NCBI GenBank assembly: GCA_000388065.2
Contig: KB932201.1
Direction: 5' to 3' (one strand)
DNA: 64,000 bases
From: Fonticula alba ATCC 38817
Lineage: Eukaryota; Protista; Nucleariida
Made by a program: the position numbers and the translations under genes. Below, piece after piece: positions 1-9,817 of the stretch. The first letter of the stretch is position 1. Each line of letters opens with the position of its first letter. Below the pieces are notes generated by a model, which did no database searches, was not told the origin of the DNA, and saw only the letters and a list, made by a program, of their open reading frames with translations.

Positions 1-432
1 CATGCGCGCAGAAACCCACACAGGTGTATGTAAACACCCATGCTGTCCGCAGCTTGGCACATGACAAGGGGGGGGGGGCAGGAAGATATTTGTAAAAAGC
101 AGAATCTAGTTTAGGGAGGAGGAGAAAAGGGACAAGGACATGTGGGGCCATGGCGGCTTGGGTGGTGAAGCGGTAGCGGTAGCGGTAGTGGTGGCGGTGG
201 CGGTGGTGGTGACGGTGGCGGCGGCAACGACGACGACGACGACGATCATGACATGCTATGCCGAAGACGGATCGGCCAGGCGCTCTGAATAGAGAGAGAG
301 AGAGAGAGAGAGGGATATGTGCGCGCACACTCGCATGCACACCCGCACACGCGCACATACATACACAGACACACACTCACGCGCACACGGGGGGAGGCGA
401 GGGGAGGGGGGGGGGGAGAGAGAGATCGCCAC

Positions 433-1057
433 TTAGCGGGAAGAGGTGGTGGTAAGGGCCATGGAGTCACCGGCATCTTGCTCGAAGAGGTCGGCCACCG
501 AGTAGGTGCTGGCATTCTTGACGTCCTCCGGGTCGCGGAGGTACATGTGGGACTGGAACTCCTTGTGGACAAAGGGAGCCTTGGGCTCGTGATGGGGCCG
601 AGGACCCAGGCCCTTGAGGGCACGCCGGCGGTTGACGCTCATTGGCTGGTTCAGGTGGCCGAGGGCCGAGTCCACGTCGAGGCCGAGGCGGCGCTTGTGG
701 TTGAATTCGGTGCGGTTGGCGCGGTACTGGTTGTACTGCTCGGTGTTGGTGTGGGGCACGACCTCGACCTCGAGCATCTCCTTGCACTTCATGATCATAC
801 CGGAGATGGAGGGAGTGGCCGTGCGCAGGACGGTGTGGTTGGTGTGGCGCAGGCCGAGGGCGCGGATGGTATCGCGAGTGCCCTTGGGGGTACCTGGTAT
901 GTGCGCGTGGATGGACGGGGTGATGAGAATGGGGCGACAGACAGGAGGGATTGGGTGATGAAGAGGAGAGGGGGAGGGCGGGCGACGTACCGATGACACT
1001 CCGGCGGAGAGTGATCTTAAAGGACTGAAGGGCGGCCGTGGCAGCGGGAGCGCTCAT
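433..1057 (-). CDS. MRPL30: Mitochondrial ribosomal protein uL30m, 2 exons (1057-991, 893-433), 175 aa
   Basis: The spliced product MSAPAATAALQSFKITLRRSVIG|TPKGTRDTIRALGLRHTNHTVLRTATPSISGMIMKCKEMLEVEVV matches the L30 pattern (KITLRRSxIG...TxxALGL...V...P.I.GMI). GTACGT...CAG intron keeps frame. About 110 aa of C-terminal extension follows. Confidence 0.85.
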
Positions 1058-2502
1058 GGTGACGGAGGAGGCGGAGGCGGGGACGATGAGGGGCGAGATC
1101 CCAAGGGAGGGCCGCTGACACAAGGGGAAAGGCGAAGAGGCAAAGCGCAGGGGGGGGGGGAGAGAGAGAGAAAGAGGGATGGAGGGTGGTGAGGTGAGTG
1201 CCAGCGGCTGTCGAGGGGCAGATCGTGGCCTTTCAGTAGTCCCCAAGGAAGGGGGGGGGACCAACCGAGAGGGGAAGTGCGCGGCTGTTGGCGAGGGGTG
1301 CGGTGACGTGAGGGGGACAGGCTCAGGGCGTGAGTCTGCCAGACAGACCTCGGGGAACTGTTGTCCCAGCCCCGGTGCAGCTGGTGCGCTTGGCTGGGAG
1401 CGTGCAAAGGGGAACTCGAAAAGCAGGATCAGCCATGAGAGTGCCGTGAAATGGTATTTCTCGGGGTCGTGAGCACGGCGCGTGTTCAGAATCACGCCAG
1501 AGGCCACCTACCCAAGCCAATCATAGGGTGAATGCTGACGGTAATATATAATGACTGATAATACTTGGTTAGCTCTTTTACAACGCCCGCACGAAAGACC
1601 TCGCCCTTTTTCCGACTCGGTGATTTGTGAGACGTCTTTCGACATGTTGTTGCCTGAAGGTGGCCAGACAAAGTTCGGGCCATTTTGGGAATTTCCGGAC
1701 GGAGTTCCGGTCTCCCTGGGGGGGGGGGGGGGCGGAGACTGGTGGCCGCTCAGGGTGTTTGTTTCCTGATCCCCTGTTCAGCACCTCCCTGGAGGGGGCG
1801 ACCTCGGGGATGTCTGTGCCAGCACTTGGTGTGTGTTGGGCCCCTGCCCACCCCTTTGGGGACCCAGGGATGTGGGGTTATTTTTTCTGGAGCGTCTCCG
1901 CGTTGCCCGGCATATGCGCTTGTTTCGGGTATGCGATGTCCTGCCCGGTGGGGCGGGAGGGAGGATGCTGTGTGTGGGGGGCTGCTGTGTCCCACCGGGG
2001 TAGGGAGGGGCCTTTCAGAGGCCTTCTCCGGGGAGCTGGCTCCGGGCGAGGGAGGGATGATCGCCGGGCGTTCCGTCGCGCAGTGGCGGGCCCCCAGGGG
2101 ACGCGCTGCGCCCTGGGAGGCGACGGGCGCGTGAGTCCGCTCCCGACAGAGCCCGGCCATCCCGAATATGCCCGGCGGGGGGGCGGGGCAGAGACAACGG
2201 TGCTTTTGCCTCCCTCTCCGATGTGGACATACGTTGGCTGAGTTGTGTCCTTCGGGCCATCGGGGAGCGGGGGGGGCGGGGGGGTGGGGGCCTGTTTGCG
2301 GGGGCGGGGGGGGTGTGGGCTCTCTCGCGCTCCGCGCCCGCCCCCCGCCCCGATGTCCCGGCCCACTGGGCTTGGTTATGTCGGCCGACCCCCCTCTCGC
2401 CGCGCCAAGTCTGCCCGGCCGGCCGGGCGCCGCCTGTGGGTGGTGGTGCCCACTCGGATCTCCTCTCTCCGCCAGCCTGTGGGTCCGCATTTGTCGGGCG
2501 AC

Positions 2503-2538
2503 GGTGGTGGTGGTGGTGGTGGTGGTGGTGGTGGTGGT
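2503..2538 (+). repeat. (GGT)12 microsatellite; representative of many (CT)n, (CA)n, (GT)n and (GGC)n tracts in introns and intergenic DNA
   Basis: Read directly from the sequence. Confidence 0.9.
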
Positions 2539-2749
2539 GCGGCGGTGTGGCGCGTCCCACGGTTTCATGGGAGAACACCAGTCTTGTTAGTGAGCGCGCA
2601 GGGGGAGGGGTGGCGGCGGCGGCGGCGGCGGCGGCGGGGTGTGGCGGCTTTTTTCAGGACCCGGACCGCTGGCCTCCCCTTGCAGGGGGGGTCCTCTTCT
2701 TCTTTTCTGATTTGATTTGTCCATATCATTAGCAAAGAAGTTTCTCAAG

Positions 2750-4366
2750 ATGGTATGCACGCCATTCTCTCCTCCCCCCCCCTCCTCCTCCCTCTCCTTT
2801 CCTTTGTTCCGCCTTCTTCCTCGCCCCCCCCCCCCCGTGTCACCATCCGTGTCCCGCTCATGGTCACACCTGTCGTGGCGTTGCCGTGCGCGCGCGCGTT
2901 GCCGGAGAGAGGCGTATCTCCGCAAGCGCACGCGCGGGCGCGCCATGACCCCGCCTCCCCTCTCATCTCCGGGGCGCGCGCACGCGCGCTGTGTCCACGC
3001 ACACTCCGTGTCCTGGCTGCCTCTCTCCGCGCCCCCCCTCCATCGGAACGCTCGTCCCCCACCTCGCTCCCTTTTCCGGTCCTACTCATGCTCGGGGCCC
3101 TTCGTGTGCGGTTTGCGATCGCCCTCCCCTCTCTCCCCCCTTTCCTATTGCGCCTGGCGAGGCACACTTGAGCCGCGGCTGCTCGCCGGGTTGACGTCGG
3201 ATGTTGTGTGCATCCGACACGGTCTCCCGCTTCTGGAGGTGGTTTCGCTCACTGGCGAGAGAGAGGGAGGGCTATCGTCGTGCACTCGGCTCGCTGCGGC
3301 CCGGATAGTGACCCGAGGGAGAGGTGGTGCCGTCGTTCTAGCGTTGGATGCGCGGCGGTTTTTGCCGGGATCTCCTCTCCTTTGGCGGAGGCTCCAATGT
3401 CGCTGCCAATCCCCTCTCCCCGCCTGGATCGACTTGCCATTTGCTGACCATCGTCCCGTCTCGTTTGCCTCCTTCTCCATCCCTCAGACCGTCAAGCGTC
3501 GTAACAACGGCCGTTCCAAGAACAACCGTGGCCACGTCAAGCCCATCCGCTGCTCCAACTGCGCTCGCTGCGTCCCCAAGGTACGCCCTTTCTCCCCCTC
3601 CCTTTGCGGCTTTCCCCCGTCTCTCTCTCTCTCTATGTGTCGTGTGTGTGTGTGCAGAGAGGAGAGCAGGCCCGTTCGCGCCGCCGTAATGGGTGTCTCT
3701 TCTCCTTTCTGCGGACATTGTGTGTTGTGTATCTCCTCCTATTCGTTGATGATCCTCTTTGGAATTACCGTCTGAAGTGCTGAAGACATCTTCTTTCTGG
3801 TTGGCCCCAGGTTTTCTGAGAATATTCGCCTCGCGCGAGAGGGTTGCCCCTTCCCGGCCCGTCTCTGCCTTCTTCCTTGTCGCCCTCTCTCTAACACTCT
3901 CTCTCCTCACTTGCTTGCTCCCCCGCGCCTGCTTCTTCCCCTCTCCGGCTTACCGCCTTTTAGGACAAGGCCATCAAGCGCTTCATGGTCCGCAACATGG
4001 TTGAGCAGGCCGCTATCCGTGATATTGAGGAGGCTTCCGTCTACGAGTGTGCGTCGCTGTCTCTTTCCCTCCTCCTTGTGGTGTACCCTGCCTCCGGGGG
4101 GGGGTTTCACGCCTTCGCCGCTCCCTTTGCTCCCCCCTCGCTTTGCCTGTCTAACTCCCTCTCTCTCTCTCTCTCTCTCGCCGCTCCCTCTTTCAGCCTA
4201 CGCCATCCCCAAGCTTTACATCAAGATGCAGTACTGCATTTCTTGCGCCATCCACTCCCACGTCGTCCGTGTCCGCTCTCACGCCGACCGCAAGATCCGC
4301 ACCCCCCCTGCTCGCCCCCGCTTCAAGGACGGCAAGAAGGTCGCCCCCCGCAAGGTCGCCGTCTAA
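2750..4366 (+). CDS. RPS26: 40S ribosomal protein eS26, 4 exons (2750-2752 ATG only, 3488-3580, 3964-4048, 4197-4366)
   Basis: Spliced M|[31 protein letters not shown]|[28 protein letters not shown]|[28 protein letters not shown] is classic eS26 with its zinc ligands. All introns are GT-AG and in frame. Confidence 0.97.
3740..3824 (+). ncRNA. Intronic box C/D snoRNA, predicted guide for 18S Um at the yeast U578 / E. coli U531 equivalent (snR77/SNORD65-like)
   Basis: Lies in RPS26 intron 2. Box C TGATGA 3747-3752, D' CTGA 3772-3775, C' TGAAGA 3781-3786, D CTGA 3816-3819, terminal stem TATTC/GAATA. The antisense element TGGAATTACCG is complementary to conserved 18S CGGUAAUUCCA; the D'+5 rule gives the U of GGUAA. 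Confidence 0.85.
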
Positions 4367-6004
4367 ATTTGTTTGACGCGCCGTCTTTGCCATTCAGCCA
4401 TCCATCCTCGTCTCTCTTCTTGCGATGATGCTGCTACAATGAGTGTGTATTGTAGCTTCCGGACCCGGCACTCTCTCCCCCTCCGTCTCCTTCCCCCTCC
4501 CCGGAGGACGTTTTGCCACCCGGTATTTTCGCGGCTGCGCATGGGCCACGCTCTCCCTCTCTCTCTCCCTCCTCCCCCTCACCCCGTTGTGTGCGGGCGG
4601 GTGCGTGCGTGTGGATCGTGGGCCTGCCGCGGGAGCACACATGACTCTTGTAACCTTTATAAACGCATGACTAGCTTCATACTCCCTTCTCCTGCATGTG
4701 TGTGTGTTCTCGTTCCGTCCTTTCCTCCTCCTCTCGCCTTCTCTCGCGCCATTGCGGGCGGCAGTGCGCGCCCCGACATGCGTCCCGGTGTGAAGAGGAG
4801 GGCTCCCCTTTTCTTTCCCAGCGGGCGAGGAGAGAGAGCGAGGCAAGACCCGGGAGCAGGAGGGGCGAGGATTCGCCTTTGGGCGTGCTGCTTGGTCATG
4901 CTGTTGCGCTGGGTGTGTGTGTGTGTGTGTGTGTGTGTGTCCGCGCGCGCGTGTAAGGTCCAGCCGTTTGAATGCGGCACGGTAGCCAGCTTGTTGGCCG
5001 TGTCGAATTGAGGGCTCCGAGGAGAAGACCCTCCTCCCGGCCAAAAGGCCGGCCCTCGCGTCTCCGCACCTTTCCCCGCCCACGACAAACGCAAAGGATG
5101 GAGCCCACATTGTGTGGAGGCCGAGGAGGAGAGGGCGTCCAACGCGGTTGTTCGGAGGCCCCCACCCTCAAGCCGCCTCGGTTCCGAGCGCGAGCGAGGG
5201 CTCTCCCTCGGTCCGGGCATGCCCAGTAGTCGGCCACCCTCCAGTGTCGCGAGCGGGTCTTCGTGTGCGGTCTTCTCGCCTGGTGGCTGGCCCGGACCAT
5301 CGCGGACGCCCCAGCACCCTGCGCAAAGCCCTTGCGGGCATGCCGGCGGCTAGACCCGGAGAAAGCCGGGCCCGGCATTGCCGCTGCGTTGGCCGGGCCC
5401 TCCCCTGTGTGGTGGGATAATATGGGTGAGGCACGGCGCCCCTCTGTATGAAGGGGACCCCGAGCAGGGCCATATGCCAACGCCACCATCGCAGCGGGGA
5501 TAGTCACGCTCATGCACACATGCCCCAGGAACACCATTCCGATCTCGAACAGATCGACCGCCGCCCTCTCGGACCGCCACGTTCAGTTTGTCACGGCCTC
5601 CCCCCCCTCCCTTTCGCTTCGCTTCGCTGGAGACGCGACCTAGCACGCCTCCGGGCCCATGATGCCGAGACGGAGATGCCGTGCATCTCCGACGGGTTGG
5701 ATCCGGTCAGTTGCCCCTTCCCCGACCGACACCCAGCCAGTGGGCTGACCACCGGCAGATTGTAGAATGGCCAGATCACCGGCTGGCGTGTGTGCCTGCC
5801 TCCAGAAGGGCGTTGGTTGGGCTGCGCCCCGTCCCTGGTGACTGTCCTCCGCGGGGATTGCCGCTCTTTTTTTGGATCGCCTTTCAGTTGCTTGGAGCAT
5901 GGCCCCCGGGGCAGAGCCTCCTCCTCCTCCTACCCCCCCCTCCTCCTCCTTTTCTCCTCCCCTCTGCCCATCTTCGTGCGCTTCTCCTCCTTGCCGGCGC
6001 CGAC

Positions 6005-6603
6005 ATGTCCTTCCTCTTCGGCCGCTTCTCGGCCGTTGCCGCGTCTGCCTTCTCCCAGACCCAGACCCTCCTTTCTCGCCCGGCCGCGTCTCTCAACAAT
6101 CGTACGTGCTGCGGTGCTGTGCTGAGCATGGCGGCCCTTGCGGGCCGTCTTGGCGCTTGGGAGGTTTTGCGCTTCTTCCCTTTTTGGATCCAGGCTCCCC
6201 CGCCCATCGCCCCCTGCTGTCTTGTTGACTCCCTGCTCCCCTTGCTTTTTTTTTCCTCCCCCGTTGGATTCCTCCCGGCACCCAGTGATCCCGACCGTTC
6301 AGCTCCGCAATTACTCCTTTAAGACCCACTCCGCCACGAAGAAGCGCTTCCGCCTCACGGGCAACGGTACCTTCCCCCTTCCGCCTCGCGTCTTTGAATG
6401 GGCCTCCCCCCCCTCTGTGTCCCCTTCCTCCCATCGACTGACATGCTTTCCTTCCAGGGGACAAGTTCAAGTATGAGGCTGGCGGCAAGCGCCATCTGGC
6501 CACCGGCAAGAGCCGCCAGGAGGTGGGCATTCTCAAGAAGAATGTCTACACCAACAAGACCCAGACCAGCCGCATTCGGAAGTTCCTCTTCAACTCGCGG
6601 TGA
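6005..6603 (+). CDS. MRPL35: Mitochondrial ribosomal protein bL35m, 3 exons (6005-6101, 6286-6366, 6458-6603)
   Basis: Presequence-like N-terminus (MSFLFGRFSAVAASAFSQ...), then FKTHSATKKRFRLTGNGDKFKYEAGGKRHLATGKS, matching the L35 KTHxxxxKRFxxTG...HL motif. Canonical introns. Confidence 0.8.
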
Positions 6604-6640
6604 GAGCACCCCGCCTGGCGCGCGATCGCCTCTCTCCCTT

Positions 6641-6671
<31 letters not shown>

Positions 6672-6924
6672 TCCCCCGCCTTGTGTTTCCTGTGTGCAGG
6701 GCCCGGTGCATGCGTGGCCCCAGGCCCCCCGAGCCGCTTACCTCAGAATAGAATATCCTTTTTTTCTCCAGCCCCAGCACGGGACATATGCTGGCATTTG
6801 TGCCTCTCCCACAGAGGGTGTGTCTATATGTCTAGTTCCAGCTCACTCGTTCGATCGTTCGCTCGGGGAAGCAGTGGAAGTGCGGGTGGATGACCGTGGG
6901 GGAGGGGGGGGGGGGGGGATCCCA

Positions 6925-8093
6925 TCACTCGGCCGACGGACCGCCAGTGCCAATGTCATTGGGGAAGAGACCATCCTTGCCGATGATCTCGTCAATGTTG
7001 AAGTCCTGCGGGGCTTCGCAGAAGCGCCGGAGAACCTGCTCGCCCTCCGGCGTACCGAAGGCCTTGAGGACCGAGGCGAAGAGGGACTGCGCCGCGCCGA
7101 GGGTGATGCGCTTCGGCTCGAAGTCCACCCGATAGAGGCCCAGACCGGAGGGCGTGGCATTGGCCTCGCCGCCGGTCCAGTTGATCAGATCACCAAACAC
7201 CTCGGCCACCAGGGCCGGCTGGGCCTCGCTGCCGCGGGTACGGTACTCCAGCAGCGTGGTCAGGGCCATGCGGTTGTACTGGGCCTGGGCAAAGAAGAGC
7301 TCGATGCCCTCCTTGCGGAAGAGGGGAATGAGGAACTGGATGTGTGTACCCCGATGTGTCAGCGAAGGGCCGGGAGCGGAGATGGGGGAAGGGAGCGGGC
7401 GGCAGGGAGGATGGGGGTACGCACGTGCGGGTAGCGCGAGGCATTCTTCATCAGACGCTCGTAGGTGGCCGGGTCAAGACCCCCGCCCATGCGTGCCTGC
7501 ACCAGCTCCTTGGTCGGCGTGGCCGGCGGGGCGAAGAAGTCCCCGTCGTCCGGGGTGGCAGTCACTTCGACCGGCTTTGCCAGGTGCTCGGCCCAGAGTG
7601 CCGCGATCTCCGAGGCGCTCAGGCTCTTGAGGGCATCCAGGTCAAGGATGTCGGTGAGCTGGGTTGGGGAGAGGGAGGTCACAGGCGAAGTCAGCTGAGG
7701 CCCGAAGGGCGAGAGGGGGGCGGGCAGGTGCGGCGCTAAAGTGCTGGCAGATTGGGTCGGGGGGGGGGGGGCGGCGGGGGGGCAGCGCACCTTGCGATTG
7801 AAGATCTTCGGAGGAGGAGGGGTGGCCGAGGCAGCAGCAGCCTTGGCAGGGTCTTCCTTTTTGGGCGGCGCCTTGGCCAAAAGCTCGGCGTACTTGGACT
7901 TGTAGCGATCGGAGGACTCCTTGGCATAGTCATCCAGGGAGAAGAGCGCCCCCTTTTCCGGCTGGGTGGCTGAGGAGGAGGCCGAGGAGAGCCAGCGGCT
8001 GGCAATCGGCCGGAGGCGGCCAGCGGCCAAGGGGGCAGCTCGGGGGGCGATCGGAGCCCTGGAGAGGAGGGAGAGGGCCTGGCGAGGGAGCAT
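6925..8093 (-). CDS. ATP11: Mitochondrial F1-ATPase assembly chaperone Atp11, 3 exons (8093-7791, 7658-7425, 7335-6925)
   Basis: Arg/Ala/Ser-rich presequence; DILDLDALKSLSASEIAALWAEH; YERLMKNASRYPH|FLIPLFRKEGIELFFAQ; TTLLEYRTRGSEAQP; RFCEAPQDFNIDEII. These match Atp11 family motifs as I recall them. Confidence 0.85.
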
Positions 8094-9817
8094 GGCGGCT
8101 GTGGGGGATTCGGGACAGGGAGGAGGAGGAGGAGGCGATCGGAGGGCCGGTGAGGAGGGCCGGAGGGGGGGGGGGGGCGAATCTGTCGATGAAGCGGGGG
8201 GCGGGGGAATGAAAGTCCGAGCAGGGCAGCCCAATAAATCCATCGAGGTGGGATCATGTTGTTCTCGCGAGACACATGATAACCCCCCCCAAGGGGGCAT
8301 GACCTGGGCCCGCCCGGCTGGGCGCCCAGCCCCCACCAGGATGTCGGCTGCAGCAAGAAGATGCCCCCACAATCCGCCCGTGTGTCTTGAGCTGGCGGCA
8401 ACGGGGCTGTAAGTCGACCATCGACCTCCCTGGTCCGGGCGCCGGACAAGGTGTCTGGTCTCTTGGGTTGGGTGGCTGATCGTCATCTGTCCGCCGTCGA
8501 GCATAGCACGCTTTTGTGTGCCCCCCTCGGGTGCCCCGTATCCGGCTCCGAGGCTTTAGGGACCGGGCCGAGCGGACCGAACGACAAAGGCCTTTGGGGG
8601 GGGGCGGGGGGGGGGGGCATGGCGCTGCTGAGGTCGTGCGGGCCATTTGTTATTTTTTCCTGGGCGTGGATGCGCGCCCCCCCCCCCACATGCCAACCAT
8701 TCCCCCCGGTCGCCTCCTTGATGGTCAGAGCAGGCTCCCCGGCTTGAGACGGAGTGGCGGCTGTTTGACGGAGTCTTCGGGAGGTGTTCTCCTCGTTCCT
8801 ACAGCGGGGCATCCCCCGGTGTCGCACCCGCGGGTACAAGGCGGGGGGGGGGGGGGGGGGCAACGGGCGCCCCAGGTGCCAGCTCATCTTATGGGCCCCC
8901 CTCGCCCCGGGGCTGGGGAACTTGGTGTCGGGGAGCGCTGGGCGCGACTGACTCCCCTTGTCACCCTCGGCCTCAGGGGCACATACACAAACGGTCGTCC
9001 CTCCTCGGGGCCCCGGGACTTCGTTCCTTCCTTCAACCACCACCCCATCCCCGGGGAGATGGACCATGGGCCGACGAATTTTTAACGCTGGAATTCCGTG
9101 CCCGCGCACGCATGAGGCGTGTCCCGCGACCCGCCGCCCCTGGACCTGATCTGCTTGTGGCCGACGCAGGCCCCTGGCTGGAAGGCCTTTTTCTTTTCCC
9201 TCGGCTGTGTTCCCCTGCATGGTGCTTCCCCGGGCAATCACCCCTCCCCCCCCCCCGGGGTGTCCTCCGAGTGCGCTTGGGAAGGGGACCCGGTTCCCCC
9301 TCCCCCCCGTTCCCTTGCATGAACATGCCACCCGGGCGCGGTCAAACCCATGAATGTGGAAAACCATATCCCTCGCCAGAAGTGCGCCATTTTTGCACGA
9401 ATTCCTCCGGGGGCGATGGTGGTGACCTCCGTCCTTCCTGCTTTCTGGGGGCCACTGCGGGGGGGGGGGGAGAAGGAAACACCACCGTGGACAAACCAAC
9501 AATTAAAGGGGACCAATATCCCACCACCCCACCAACAAATTTGCGCAGGGCTGCCGTGCCTCCCGGCTGTGCGGCGTTGGCTGCGGAGCCGCTGATCCTT
9601 CAGGCACTGTCGCTCGAGCCCGAACACGCCCCCCTCCTCAAGGCCCCCCTCCCCCCCCCCTCCCCCTGCCCCTTATCCCCCACCCCCCTTTCAAACAACA
9701 CCCCCTCCTTTTTGCGTCTCTCCCCACCTCCCTTTCTCGTTTGTCGGAGTAAGCGCCCGCGTCTCGCACCCGCGTCTCGCACCTGCGTCTCCCATTCGCG
9801 CATCACAGACGCATCTC

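Noticed and set aside
1560-1620. Partial likeness to U1 (ATACTT, GATTTGTG), U5 (CTTTTAC) and U11 (minus-strand AAAAAGGGC)
   Set aside because: The invariant cores (ACTTACCTG, GCCTTTTAC, U11 stems plus Sm site) are absent. Kept only as a low-interest structured island.
4432-4457. 8-bp hairpin GCTACAAT/ATTGTAGC preceded by GATGATG, downstream of the RPS26 stop
   Set aside because: Not a true box C, no D box, and a single short stem in a 3' UTR can arise by chance.
5041-5050. Minus-strand GGCCTTTTGG similar to U2 stem I
   Set aside because: Not followed by CTAAGATCAAGTGTAGTA.
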